From: Sphingobium sp.
GTDB taxonomy: Bacteria > Pseudomonadota > Alphaproteobacteria > Sphingomonadales > Sphingomonadaceae
Reading direction: 5' to 3'
Length of the DNA: 64,000 bases
Assembly: GCA_003248935.1 (NCBI GenBank)
Contig: QFQF01000009.1
Coordinates: 12,465-76,464 of the forward strand
Shown here: positions 10,583-20,292 of the stretch, one piece after another
Layout: each line of letters starts with the position of its first letter
Numbering within the stretch: the stretch's first letter is position 1
Notes under the pieces: generated by a model
Databases searched by the model: none
The model's input: only the letters and a program-made list of their open reading frames with translations
What the model was told of the DNA's origin: nothing
Program-made: the position numbers and the translations under genes

Positions 10583-11062
10583 ATGATCCCGCTGCCGCAG
10601 ATCACACAGGTCGCGCAGACCATCCAGCTGGCGCTGGCGCCCGTCTTCCTGCTGACGGGCATCGGCGCCTTCCTGAACGTCTGCACCGGCCGTCTCGCCC
10701 GCGTCATCGACCGTGCGCGCAACGTCGAAAAATGGGTGCTGGAAACGCGCGGGCGCGAACATGACCGCTTCGTTGCGGAAATCCGCGTGCTCGACCGGCG
10801 GATGAGCGTCGTCAACAACGCCATCTTCCTGAGCGTCGCCAGCGCCTGCGCCGTCTGCCTCGTCGTCATCCTGCTGTTTGCGGCGGAATTGTTCCACGCC
10901 AATCTGGGTCGCGCCATCGCGGCGCTGTTCATCGTCGCGATGCTGCTTCAGGTCGCCGCATTCGCGACATTCATCCTTGAAATCCGCCTCGCTTCGCGCA
11001 CGATCCACATTCGCAACGAAGTCCTTTTCCATAAGGTCGAAGATGATGGGGCCAGCCAGTGA
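10583..11062 (+). CDS. Membrane protein, DUF2721-like
   Basis: IQLALAPVFLLTGIG...RLARVIDRAR; three hydrophobic segments. Confidence 0.7.
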   Translation: MIPLPQITQVAQTIQLALAPVFLLTGIGAFLNVCTGRLARVIDRARNVEKWVLETRGREHDRFVAEIRVLDRRMSVVNNAIFLSVASACAVCLVVILLFAAELFHANLGRAIAALFIVAMLLQVAAFATFILEIRLASRTIHIRNEVLFHKVEDDGASQ

Positions 11063-11522
11063 GAAGCGCCTCCTCCAGATAGCCGTCGGAGCGGCGTGCA
11101 TCGTACCGGTGTGCGCTGGCGCGGCGGGCGTCGCGATGGGTCCGGCGCTCATCGGGGCCAGGCTGACGCTCGGCGCTGACGCGGCCGCCGTCGATCTCGA
11201 CAGTCACCTGCGCTATCTGTCCGGCCTGCTGCTGGCCATCGGCATCGGCTTCGCCGCCTGCGTACCGATGATCGAGGAAAAAGGGGGGGCCTTCCGCCTG
11301 CTCGGCCTGCTGGTGGTATGCGGCGGGCTCGCGCGGCTGGTGGCGATGGTGGCGTCCGGCCTGCCGTCCCGCATCATGCTCTACGCGCTCGGCATGGAAT
11401 TGCTGGTTACGCCGCTGCTGATGATATGGCAGTCCCGGGTCGAGCGCCGCTTTGCCGCTATCTCGCCCCGTCGAGGCGATGCCCCGCATCCACTGTTGGG
11501 GAAAAGGAAGGCCGCACGCTGA
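11043..11522 (+). CDS. Membrane protein, DUF4345-like
   Basis: LDSHLRYLSG, GGLARL, ELLVTPLL motifs; four hydrophobic segments. Confidence 0.65.
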   Translation: MMGPASEKRLLQIAVGAACIVPVCAGAAGVAMGPALIGARLTLGADAAAVDLDSHLRYLSGLLLAIGIGFAACVPMIEEKGGAFRLLGLLVVCGGLARLVAMVASGLPSRIMLYALGMELLVTPLLMIWQSRVERRFAAISPRRGDAPHPLLGKRKAAR

Positions 11523-13061
11523 TCTTCGCCGCCTGCTCGTAAGCATAGCCCGCATTGAGCAGCAATTGCTCCTGGAACGCCCCGGAAACGAAACTGAGCC
11601 CTACGGGCAGGCCATCGGCCAGCCCCATGGGAACGGTCAGATGGGGATAGCCGGCGATCGCGACACGGGCGGTGGCGCTCGGCCCCTCATACTGGTCGCC
11701 CCAGACGGTGTCGGACAGCCACGCCGGACCGTAGCTGGGCATCACCAGCAGGCGCACATCATTGCCCGTCAGCATCGCATCAATGCCGTATCGTCCGGCA
11801 AGGCGCAGGGAGGTTGCACGCGCATCGGCATAAGCAGGATCATCGACGCCGCCGGTCGCCTCCGCCGCCTCGAACAGATCCTGCCCGAACAGCGCCATCT
11901 CACTGGCCGCATGCGCCTTGTTGAAGGCGATGACATCGGCGAGCGTGCGCGTCGGCACCCTGTCCGGCGCGGTGGTCGCGAGATAGGCGGCAAGACCGGA
12001 TTTCAGCTCCATCTCCAGCACCCGCAGTTCCGCCGCGCCCATGCCCTCGGTCGAGGGCTGGGCCACCTCGACCAGTTCCGCCCCGGCCGCGCGTAACACC
12101 GCGAGCGCGGCCTCGAAACGGGCGAGCATCGCGGGCTGACCGCCCATGCGAACCACGCCGACCCGCAGGCCCCGGAGCGCACCGGTGTCGAGTGCCGCGG
12201 CATAATCGTGACGATGGACGAGCGCATCCTTTGTCGCCGGATCCTCAGGATCGCTCGCGATCATCGCGGAAAACAGCATGGCGACGTCGCGCACACCGCG
12301 TGCCATCGGCCCGGCGGTATCCTGACTATGGCTGATCGGCACGATATGGGTGCGGGGCACGAGGCCGATGGTCGGTTTCAGGCCGACGAGGCCGGTCATC
12401 GCGCTGGGACAGATCACCGAGCCGTCGGTCTCTGTCCCGATTGCAGCCGGCGCATAGCCCGCCGCCACCGCCGCGCCGCCACCGCCGCGCCGGAACCGCT
12501 GGACGAACCGCAGGCGGTGCGGTCAAGCGCATAGGGATTGCGGACGAGGCCACCGATGGCGCTCCACCCGCTCATCGAGCGGCTGGAACGGATGTTCGCC
12601 CATTCGGACAGGTTGGTCTTACCCAGGATCACCGCACCGGCCGCACGCAGCGCAGCGACGACCGGCGCGTCGCGGCCATTGTCGTTGCGGGCGAGCGCCA
12701 GCGAGCCGGCGGTCGTCGGCATGCCCAGCGTCTCGATATTGTCCTTGATCAGGATGGGAACGCCGTGCAGCGGCCCGCGCACATGGCCCGCGCGCCGCTC
12801 CGCATCGAGGGCGCGGGCATCTTTCAGCGCATCGGGGTTGAGGGCGATGACGGCATTGAGCCGGGGGCCTTTCCGATCCAGGGCAGCGATGCGGGCAAGC
12901 GCTGCGCGGACCGCCTTTTCACTGCCGGTCCTGCCCGCCGCCATCGCATCGGCCAGCGCGGCGACGCCGATGTTCTGCGGTTCGGCCGACCCTTCCGCCT
13001 GGGTCGGCGTGGCCGGTAGCGCAGCAAGCAGCGCCATGGCCAGAAGCGTGCGTGGATGCAT
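11458..13061 (-). pseudogene. Secreted amidase-signature amidase, frameshifted by a 14-bp tandem duplication
   Basis: 5' part has signal peptide, GVPILIKDNI, GKTNLSEWAN, CGSSSGSG; 3' part (GTETDGS, GLVGLKPT) is in another frame; GCCGCCACCGCCGC is duplicated at the junction. Confidence 0.85.
12461..12488. repeat. 14-bp direct tandem duplication
   Basis: gccgccaccgccgc at 12461-12474 and 12475-12488. Confidence 0.95.
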
Positions 13062-13257
13062 GGCGACACTCCCCTTTGCGGACATGAGAGGGGCCGCCGG
13101 GCGTGATACCCGACGGCCCGTCATGTGCATGGTCAGCGGCCGGAAGTGCCGCCCAAGGGAAACGTTGCTCGCGCTCTCTTGCCGATATGGGAAAGGGGAC
13201 ACCCGTACGGGTGCCTGTATCCTTTCAGCCTATCGGAAGGCGACGCTCAGGCGTCGC

Positions 13258-13314
13258 TCAGCGGCGCGTTTCCCGAATGGACTTGACCGACCCCATTGCT
13301 GAACCATGAGACAT
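13258..13314 (-). CDS. Putative 18-aa small ORF MSHGSAMGSVKSIRETRR within a structured transcript
   Basis: Preceded by GAAAGGAGGTGATCC, an extended match to the 16S rRNA 3' end; followed by three hairpins. Confidence 0.45.
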   Translation of the reverse strand: MSHGSAMGSVKSIRETRR

Positions 13315-13674
13315 CGGATCACCTCCTTTCGCTTTGTTGAGCCCGTGTGGCAGCTCCCGGACATTCGCCCCTAGGCTAAGCCTTTGTCTGGCCACGAACA
13401 ATAGGTGGGACATTCCGATTCGGCGATCAAGCCTTGTATTATTCTTTTTTCGAATCATAATTGCGCGCTCGTGCCGTCCGGAGCCGCACGCCCCCGCGAT
13501 CAGAGTGCGCCCGCTTTTCACGCAAATTCGGCCCATGCTGCGTGCAACATGCCACGACACTTCCAGCCCCCTTGCACAATCGCGCGCACTCGGCATGATA
13601 GCAGCGGATGTCGCGGTGACTTGACGCTCACGACACCGCGACAATCATATCATCTGAGATAAAGGGGACAGGCT

Positions 13675-14055
13675 TTGATTTCATTCAAGCGGGTGTCGCT
13701 TGGCGTCCTGCTGCTTTCGGCCGGACTGGCCCTGGCACCGCAGGCGCTGGCGCAGCAGAAGGACGGAGGCACCATCTTCCGCCAGCGCTGCCAGATGTGC
13801 CACGTCACCGCGGCAGGACAGAAGGCGGGGCTCGGTCCCAATCTCTCCGGCCTGGTGGGACGCAAGGCGGCAGGCACCGACTTCCTCTACTCCGCCGCGC
13901 TCAAGGGCTCCGGCCTCAAGTGGGACAAGGCGACGCTGGATACGTTCCTGACGGCTCCGGCGAAGATGGTTCCCGGTACGCGTATGGCGATTTCCGTCAG
14001 CAACCCCGCCGACCGAGCGGCACTGATCGACTATCTCGCGACGCTCAAGAAATAA
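13675..14055 (+). CDS. Periplasmic class I cytochrome c (c2-like)
   Basis: Signal peptide, CQMCH, GPNLSGLVGRKA, PGTRM; TTG start after AAGGGG. Confidence 0.9.
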   Translation: MISFKRVSLGVLLLSAGLALAPQALAQQKDGGTIFRQRCQMCHVTAAGQKAGLGPNLSGLVGRKAAGTDFLYSAALKGSGLKWDKATLDTFLTAPAKMVPGTRMAISVSNPADRAALIDYLATLKK

Positions 14056-16084
14056 CGGGCGCGTCGGGATAACTATCGAGGACCGGGCCAAGCGTCGCGA
14101 CAAGCGGCGCAAGGTCCGCCTCGAAATGGCGCCAATGAGCGACGGCGTCGGTGAAGATCGGCTGACGCACCTGTTCGGAACTCGCCGTCCGCACCGCCCG
14201 GTCGTTCTGCCAGAAGGCGATGCACGCCTCCTCGAACGGCAGATCGAGATGGGCGAGCAACCGTTCCACTTCCCCGCGCGTGTCCGCCACCATCCGTTCG
14301 TAGATGACACGGTGGACATGCCCGGGGGCCGCTGCATCGAAGGCGGCCATCGCCATCACATAGTCGCGATAATAGCGGCCAACATCGGCCAGATCGTAGG
14401 TGAAAGCCTGCCCGCGCGCGAAATGCTGCTTCCACGCAGAGAAACAGCAGCCGACCGGATGCCGCCGCGCGTCCACGATCTTCGCATTGGGCAGGATCAA
14501 CCTGATCAGGCCGACATGCTGCCAGTTGTTGGGCATCTTGTCGATGTAGTGGGGCCTGCCGGTCTTCCGGTGGGTACGCGTACGGTCGAGATATTCCTCG
14601 CCCAGCCGGGTCCGGTCTGCACCGGTCAATGATTCGACCATCGCGCGGAAATCAGCAAACTCGCCATCGTCGATCCGCGATTGCAGGCGGCTGGCGATCA
14701 TCATCATTTCCGGCAGTTCCATCGTCCCCTCGACCCGGCTGTGGCTGGAGAGGATCTGCTCGACCAGGGTGGAGCCCGAACGGGGCAGGCCGACGATGAA
14801 GACCGGATCGGGCGCAGGGCAACCGCCCTCCCCCATCCGGGCAATGAACGGCGCGGTGAAGGTATCGACGGCGGCCGCAACCTCCGCCGCGAACTCGTCC
14901 GCGTCGTGCGTCACCAGCGTGCGGCGCAGGCGATTGCCCTGATCATAGTGACGGAAGGCGGCGGCATAGTCCTTTGCATCCTCCAGCGCCTTTCCCAATG
15001 AGAAATGAAGGTGGAAGACATCCTCTCGCCGATCCGCCGCATCCCCCTCAAGCGTCGCGAGCGCGCCCTCCATCGCGGCGATGTCCGCAGCATCCAGCTT
15101 TACGGTCTTGAGGTTGGCGAGGCTCCACCATGCTTCCCCCATGCCCGGCTGGTGAAGAACGGCCTGCCGATAGGCGTGAACGGCCTCGGCCTGCCGCCCC
15201 AGCGTTTTTAACACATGCCCCAGATTCTGCCAGACCTGCGGCTGATCCGGTTTGTCCTTCAGCAGCCGTTCGTAAATGCCACGCGCCTGGTCCTGATCGC
15301 CCAGGCGCACCAGCACGGAGGCCCGGATCAGGTCGTGGCCGGGATTTTTCAGCGGCGACCGGCTCAATATCCCGGCATGTTCGAGCGCGTCGGTCAGGCG
15401 ATTGGCCTGCAGCAGCAGGCGGATCAGGAAATCGCGTGCGAGGTCGAAGCCCGGCGCGAGGGTCACGGCCTGCTCAACCAGCGCGAGCGCCTCCGCAAGG
15501 TCGCCCCGGCGCCAGTGCACCTCGCCCAGCAAGCGGGTGGCAGAGGGGTCGCCGGGCACGCGATCAAGCCGCACCTTCAGTATCGCCTCGCTCTCGTCCA
15601 GCCTGCCTTCGTTCATCGCGACCGCCGCATCGAGCAGTTCCGGGTCGCGGGACGAGGCATGCACGCCCGACAGATCAGCACGCCAGGCATCGGACGTCCG
15701 GCCGACCTTCCGCAATTCGGCCGCCAGCAGGAACCAGCCGCCGGCGACCGCAGGCTGCTGCCGCGTCAGGCTTTCAAGCGCCGCGATCGCCTGACGGCTA
15801 TCACCTGCCTCACTGGCCGCCTGTCCCAGTTCCCAGAGAAGGGCAGGCACTTTGGGTTGCCTGCGCGCGAGCTGGACGAGCCGCTGTTGCGCTGCCTTCG
15901 GCTTGCCGAGGCGACGCAAGGCCTGGCAGGCGATGAACTCCGCTGGCGGCAAGCCCCTCGCTCGCGCCAGGATCGCCTCTGCCTGCGCAAGCGCCAGATC
16001 GGGATGCGACTCAAGTGCCGCCGCCGCCTTCGCCAGCGCCGTTTCGAGCATGCCGGTTGCGGTGGACGCGGAACCCATTCCCAT
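14045..16084 (-). CDS. TPR-repeat sulfotransferase
   Basis: N-terminal TPR helices; PAPS-binding FIVGLPRSGSTLVEQ, IDKMPNN, RTASSEQVRQPI. Confidence 0.88.
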   Translation of the reverse strand: MGMGSASTATGMLETALAKAAAALESHPDLALAQAEAILARARGLPPAEFIACQALRRLGKPKAAQQRLVQLARRQPKVPALLWELGQAASEAGDSRQAIAALESLTRQQPAVAGGWFLLAAELRKVGRTSDAWRADLSGVHASSRDPELLDAAVAMNEGRLDESEAILKVRLDRVPGDPSATRLLGEVHWRRGDLAEALALVEQAVTLAPGFDLARDFLIRLLLQANRLTDALEHAGILSRSPLKNPGHDLIRASVLVRLGDQDQARGIYERLLKDKPDQPQVWQNLGHVLKTLGRQAEAVHAYRQAVLHQPGMGEAWWSLANLKTVKLDAADIAAMEGALATLEGDAADRREDVFHLHFSLGKALEDAKDYAAAFRHYDQGNRLRRTLVTHDADEFAAEVAAAVDTFTAPFIARMGEGGCPAPDPVFIVGLPRSGSTLVEQILSSHSRVEGTMELPEMMMIASRLQSRIDDGEFADFRAMVESLTGADRTRLGEEYLDRTRTHRKTGRPHYIDKMPNNWQHVGLIRLILPNAKIVDARRHPVGCCFSAWKQHFARGQAFTYDLADVGRYYRDYVMAMAAFDAAAPGHVHRVIYERMVADTRGEVERLLAHLDLPFEEACIAFWQNDRAVRTASSEQVRQPIFTDAVAHWRHFEADLAPLVATLGPVLDSYPDAPVIS

Positions 16085-16200
16085 AATCCCCCAATCATGT
16101 GCGACTGCACAAACAGCTTCGCCGAAATATCCGCGCCCGTCGACCCGGCGCATCGCGGCCGTCCAAAAAAAGGTGATACCGCCCGCTTGACAGCGCCATT

Positions 16201-16218
16201 TTGGATGGCAGTATCCAA
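16201..16218. promoter_or_regulatory. Palindrome next to a TTGACA hexamer in the divergent sulfotransferase / TonB receptor intergenic region
   Basis: TTGGAT-ggcagt-ATCCAA; TTGACA at 16187-16192. Confidence 0.4.
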
Positions 16219-16478
16219 TCTAGGACGGTTGCTCTGATTGCTGCATGAGCGAACGCGTCCCTTTTTTGACGTACGAATGTGTTCAGACCACGCGTGGAAC
16301 GACCCCGAAGGATGTGTCCTTTTGGGTATGGAGTTTCTTGCGCGCGGCAAAATGCATGATGACGCGACCCGCACAAGCCGGGCGCTCGCAGGGAGAATGA
16401 CGAACGAACGAAAGACCCGGAGGCGGGCGGACAAACAGGAGAGGCGAAGGATGCAACGCGTATCAGGGGGCTTTACGC

Positions 16479-19193
16479 ATGGCCATTCGTCTTCGCTCGC
16501 GGGCAGCGGGCACATTCTGCGTTCTCGGCGCGACCACTTTTCTTACACCGCTGGCTCTTTCGACGCCGGCCTTCGCGCAGGAGGCGCCGGTCGCGGCAGC
16601 CGCTGATCCGGCGGACCCGACAGGCCTTGGCGATATCGTCGTCACCGCGACGCGCAGCGCACAAAGCATTCAGGACGTTCCGATCTCCATGCAGGCGCTC
16701 GATACCGAGCGGCTGGAACAGCGGCAGATCAACGGCATGTCCGACTTCATCGCCCTGCTGCCGTCGGTATCGTTCGAGGGGATCGGCCCCGGCCGCAACA
16801 CCGCCTTCTTCCGCGGCATCGTCCCGGCGGGCGGCGCCTACGCCTCGGTCGGCTACTATCTCGACGACATTCCGATCACCGGCACCGAAGTGCCCGACAT
16901 CCATATCTACGACATGGAGCGCATCGAGGCGCTGTCGGGGCCGCAGGGCACGCTGTACGGCGCCGGGTCGCTCGCCGGCACGATCCGCTTCATCACCAAG
17001 AAGCCCGATCTCGACAAGTTCGAGTTCGGCTATGATCTGGAAGGCAACAAATACGGCAAGGGCGACTTTGGCGGCCAGATCGAATCCTATATCAACATCC
17101 CGCAGGGTGACACGCTGGCGCTGCGCGTCATGGGATATTACCGGCGTGATGGCGGATATATCGACAACACGCCCAACAACGGCCTGCTGAACAACGGCGA
17201 ACCCGCCGTCTACACGCTCGGCGACAACAATCCTGACACATCCTATACGCTGAGCAACGCGGCCATCGCCAAGAACGACTATAACCCGATCAAGGAATTC
17301 GGCGGACGGGTGCAGGTGCTGTGGCAACCGGCCGATGGCTGGGAGATCACGCCGCAGTTCACCGGGCAACGCCAGATCGCCAAGGGCTATTTCGGCTACG
17401 ACCCGCGCGTCGGCGACCTTCAGGTTCACGATTATGACCAGACGCGCAACGATGATCGCTGGTATCAGGCGCAGCTCAGCATCCACGGCCATATCGGCGA
17501 CTGGGAAGTCGTTTCCGCGACCGGATACTTCAAGCGCCGGACGAAGACGCTGAACGACTATACCTATTACACCGTCACCTATGACGGCTTCGGGCCCGGC
17601 TATGAAAGCTATCTGCAGTTCTTCGACAATTGCACCGGAACCGGTGCAGCACAGCAGTGCGACCTGATCAACCCGACCCAATATTATCATGCCGACTGGC
17701 ACAGGAACAAATTCACGCAGGAACTGCGCCTGTCGACGCCGAAGGACTGGCCATTCGACGTCACGATCGGCGGTTTCTACCAGCGGCAGAAGAACGAGAG
17801 CAACACCTCCTACGCCATTCGGGGCCTGGATCAGATCACCGGCTATACGCAGGGCGGCGGCGGTGATGTTGCTGGCGGCCTGATCGGCGTGCCGGCCATG
17901 TATGCGATCGCCTACGATGACGACGGCGTGCCATATTTCGACACCACGGACGTCATCAATGCTGACGGCAATCCATTGGGCACGATGGCGCTGGGGACAC
18001 CGGCAGTAAAGGGCGACGCGTTCTACTTCGTCGAACAGAACCAGTTGTATCACGACAAGGCGATCTTTGCGGAAGGCCATTACGACATCACGCCAACGCT
18101 GAAGATCACTGGCGGCATCCGATATTTCTGGACGGATTATGCGGTGAAGGGCTTCGCAGGCGTCGCCGGATCCGCCGCAAATACCATCACATCCTATTAT
18201 GTCCCGACCGGGGAAATGGGTTGTCCGACGCCACTGCCCGCGGATCGCCTCCAATGCCTCAACACCAACTTCCGCGCAGCGGATCAAACCGGCCGCTACA
18301 AGGAGGATGGCGAAACGCACAAGGTCGCGCTCGACTGGCAGTTCCAGTCGGACAAGATGGTCTACTTCAACTATTCGACCGGTTTCCGGCCCGGCGGCTT
18401 CAACCGTCCTCTGCGCATCCGCAATTTCGGTCCGGTCGATGTGGCACCGTTCAAGTCGGAAAAGCTTACCAACTTTGAGCTGGGTGTGAAGACGACTTGG
18501 AATAATATCTTCCGCTTCAACGCGGCCGTCTATCTAGAAAAATGGAACAATATCCAGTACGGCGTCGTCGTCTCCGGTGCGCAGGGCGCGGGCATGACCG
18601 GAAACGCGGGCAAAGCCGAGGTCAAGGGCATCGAATATGATGCCGAGCTGAAACTGGGCAAGTTCACCTTCATGACCTCCGGCGCGTATAATGACGGCAA
18701 GCTGAAGGGCAATTTCTGCAATTTTGCGCTCGACCGGACTACATCGTCCATTTCGCAATTGTCGAGCTGTGTGCTTGGCGAGTTCGTGGAAGGCTCGGAC
18801 CCGCCGACGCCGCAGGTCGCTGCCGCAAACGGCACACGCCTGCCACGTCAGCCGAAGTTCAAGGGGACGACCTCCGTCCGGTTCGATACGATGCTGGGCG
18901 ATCTGGGCACGTTCATTCAAGGTGCTGCGCTTTACCAGACCGGCGCCACGCAAGACCTCAACGTATCGAGCAACGAACTTCTGGGCAACACCAAGGGTTT
19001 CGTCAGCTTCGACTTCTCCGGCGGGTTCAAGGGTGACAACTGGAACCTCAGCTTCTTCCTACAGAATGCGTTCGACAAGCGCGGGCAGCTGACCCGGAAC
19101 ACCTTCTGCTCGATCGACTTCTGTTCCGGCTCGTCGCGTACCTTCACGATCAAGCCGCAATTCTTCGGCGTCCGTTTCGGCCAGAAGTTCTGA
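16479..19193 (+). CDS. TonB-dependent receptor
   Basis: Signal peptide, TonB box DIVVTA, plug motif RIEALSGPQGTLYG, C-terminal Phe (FGVRFGQKF). Confidence 0.93.
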   Translation: MAIRLRSRAAGTFCVLGATTFLTPLALSTPAFAQEAPVAAAADPADPTGLGDIVVTATRSAQSIQDVPISMQALDTERLEQRQINGMSDFIALLPSVSFEGIGPGRNTAFFRGIVPAGGAYASVGYYLDDIPITGTEVPDIHIYDMERIEALSGPQGTLYGAGSLAGTIRFITKKPDLDKFEFGYDLEGNKYGKGDFGGQIESYINIPQGDTLALRVMGYYRRDGGYIDNTPNNGLLNNGEPAVYTLGDNNPDTSYTLSNAAIAKNDYNPIKEFGGRVQVLWQPADGWEITPQFTGQRQIAKGYFGYDPRVGDLQVHDYDQTRNDDRWYQAQLSIHGHIGDWEVVSATGYFKRRTKTLNDYTYYTVTYDGFGPGYESYLQFFDNCTGTGAAQQCDLINPTQYYHADWHRNKFTQELRLSTPKDWPFDVTIGGFYQRQKNESNTSYAIRGLDQITGYTQGGGGDVAGGLIGVPAMYAIAYDDDGVPYFDTTDVINADGNPLGTMALGTPAVKGDAFYFVEQNQLYHDKAIFAEGHYDITPTLKITGGIRYFWTDYAVKGFAGVAGSAANTITSYYVPTGEMGCPTPLPADRLQCLNTNFRAADQTGRYKEDGETHKVALDWQFQSDKMVYFNYSTGFRPGGFNRPLRIRNFGPVDVAPFKSEKLTNFELGVKTTWNNIFRFNAAVYLEKWNNIQYGVVVSGAQGAGMTGNAGKAEVKGIEYDAELKLGKFTFMTSGAYNDGKLKGNFCNFALDRTTSSISQLSSCVLGEFVEGSDPPTPQVAAANGTRLPRQPKFKGTTSVRFDTMLGDLGTFIQGAALYQTGATQDLNVSSNELLGNTKGFVSFDFSGGFKGDNWNLSFFLQNAFDKRGQLTRNTFCSIDFCSGSSRTFTIKPQFFGVRFGQKF

Positions 19194-19208
19194 AGTTCCG
19201 AGGGGAGG

Positions 19209-19553
19209 ATGGCCACGTTTTGCCCGCGAACCGCGCGAAACGTGGCCATTCGCATGTCCGGGGCCGTCACTTTCTGCATGGCAACCGCAGTCCTTGTCCC
19301 GATCGCCACCGCCTTGCCACGCCCCGCCAGCGCGCAGGAGGATCATTCCGGGCTGACGCGCGAGGGCTATCGCCGCAAATGCCTGATGTGCCATAGCCGC
19401 GCCGCGCCGGAGGGCATTGCGCCCGAGATATTGGTCGGCCTCCATCCCGAACCCGGACTGCGCCCGGCCGTCGCGATGCCGGGCGTCACCTGCTGGCGGC
19501 GATGCACGACATGCTGGGCGCCCGATCCACCGGCGAGGACAGGCGTCAAATGA
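19209..19553 (+). CDS. Small exported CxxCH protein with an extra Cys cluster
   Basis: GGAGG RBS, signal-like N-terminus ending ASA-QED, CLMCH, C-terminal CWRRCTTCW; follows the TonB receptor by 15 bp. Confidence 0.55.
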   Translation: MATFCPRTARNVAIRMSGAVTFCMATAVLVPIATALPRPASAQEDHSGLTREGYRRKCLMCHSRAAPEGIAPEILVGLHPEPGLRPAVAMPGVTCWRRCTTCWAPDPPARTGVK

Positions 19554-19557
19554 CCGC

Positions 19558-20292
19558 TCAGGGCGTCGCGGGCGGCGCCGTTGCGGCGAGAAGCGCAGCC
19601 AAGTCGCTGGTGCCCGCCTGTCCGGTTCGCCCCTGTTCAAGCGCAAGCGCGGCAAAGCCGCTCATCTGCGCCACCGCGAAGCTGACGCCGTAGAGGTTGC
19701 GTGTCGGCGGCACGCCCTCGATCGGGCGCGGATAGCCCGATGCGAAGAATGCGGGCGTGCCGTCGATATCCGCGACGCGATACCTGCCACGCGGACAATC
19801 CCAATCCAGTTCGACACCGATCACACCGGGCAGCGCGCCCGGCCAGCAAGAGATGCCGTCGACCGACCGTGCAGCGACCAGCACTACGCCGGCGGCAGCC
19901 GCATCTTCGGCCGCACGCACGAAGGCGTCCCGATGCGCGGGGTTCTGCGAACCGAGGCTGAGGTTGACGATGTCGGCGCCCGCGTCGACGCACCAGCCGA
20001 TCGCCGCGACCAGCGCGGTCGCGGAAGCGCGCAGAGCGTCGTGAAACACCCGGACCGGCAACAGTTGCGCGCCGGAAACACGTTCCTGGATAGCGGCGGA
20101 GACGGCCGTGCCGTGGCCCAGCCGGTCGAGCGTCGCCAGCGACCCACCGTCGATCACGCCCTCACGCGAAACGGCCACGCCGTTCAGCAAGCGCGCAGCG
20201 TCAATATGCGGGTGACGCGGGTGTACACCGCTGTCGATCACGGCGATGCGCACGCCCCTGCCCGTTGTTCCGGGAAAGACCGTGCCCGTCAT
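19558..20292 (-). CDS. qhpE: Subtilisin-like leader peptidase for the QHNDH gamma subunit
   Basis: S8 triad motifs IDSG, HGT, GVSFA; last gene of the qhp cluster. Confidence 0.85.
   Translation of the reverse strand: MTGTVFPGTTGRGVRIAVIDSGVHPRHPHIDAARLLNGVAVSREGVIDGGSLATLDRLGHGTAVSAAIQERVSGAQLLPVRVFHDALRASATALVAAIGWCVDAGADIVNLSLGSQNPAHRDAFVRAAEDAAAAGVVLVAARSVDGISCWPGALPGVIGVELDWDCPRGRYRVADIDGTPAFFASGYPRPIEGVPPTRNLYGVSFAVAQMSGFAALALEQGRTGQAGTSDLAALLAATAPPATP

Noticed and set aside
13316..13330. 16S rRNA 3'-end sequence GGATCACCTCCTTTC
   Set aside because: No other rRNA sequence flanks it; better explained as a strong Shine-Dalgarno on the opposite strand
13538..13556. Possible sigma-54 promoter (TGGCAT-N7-GC) on the minus strand
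   Set aside because: The -12 element lacks TTGC and no activator gene is nearby; too weak to report
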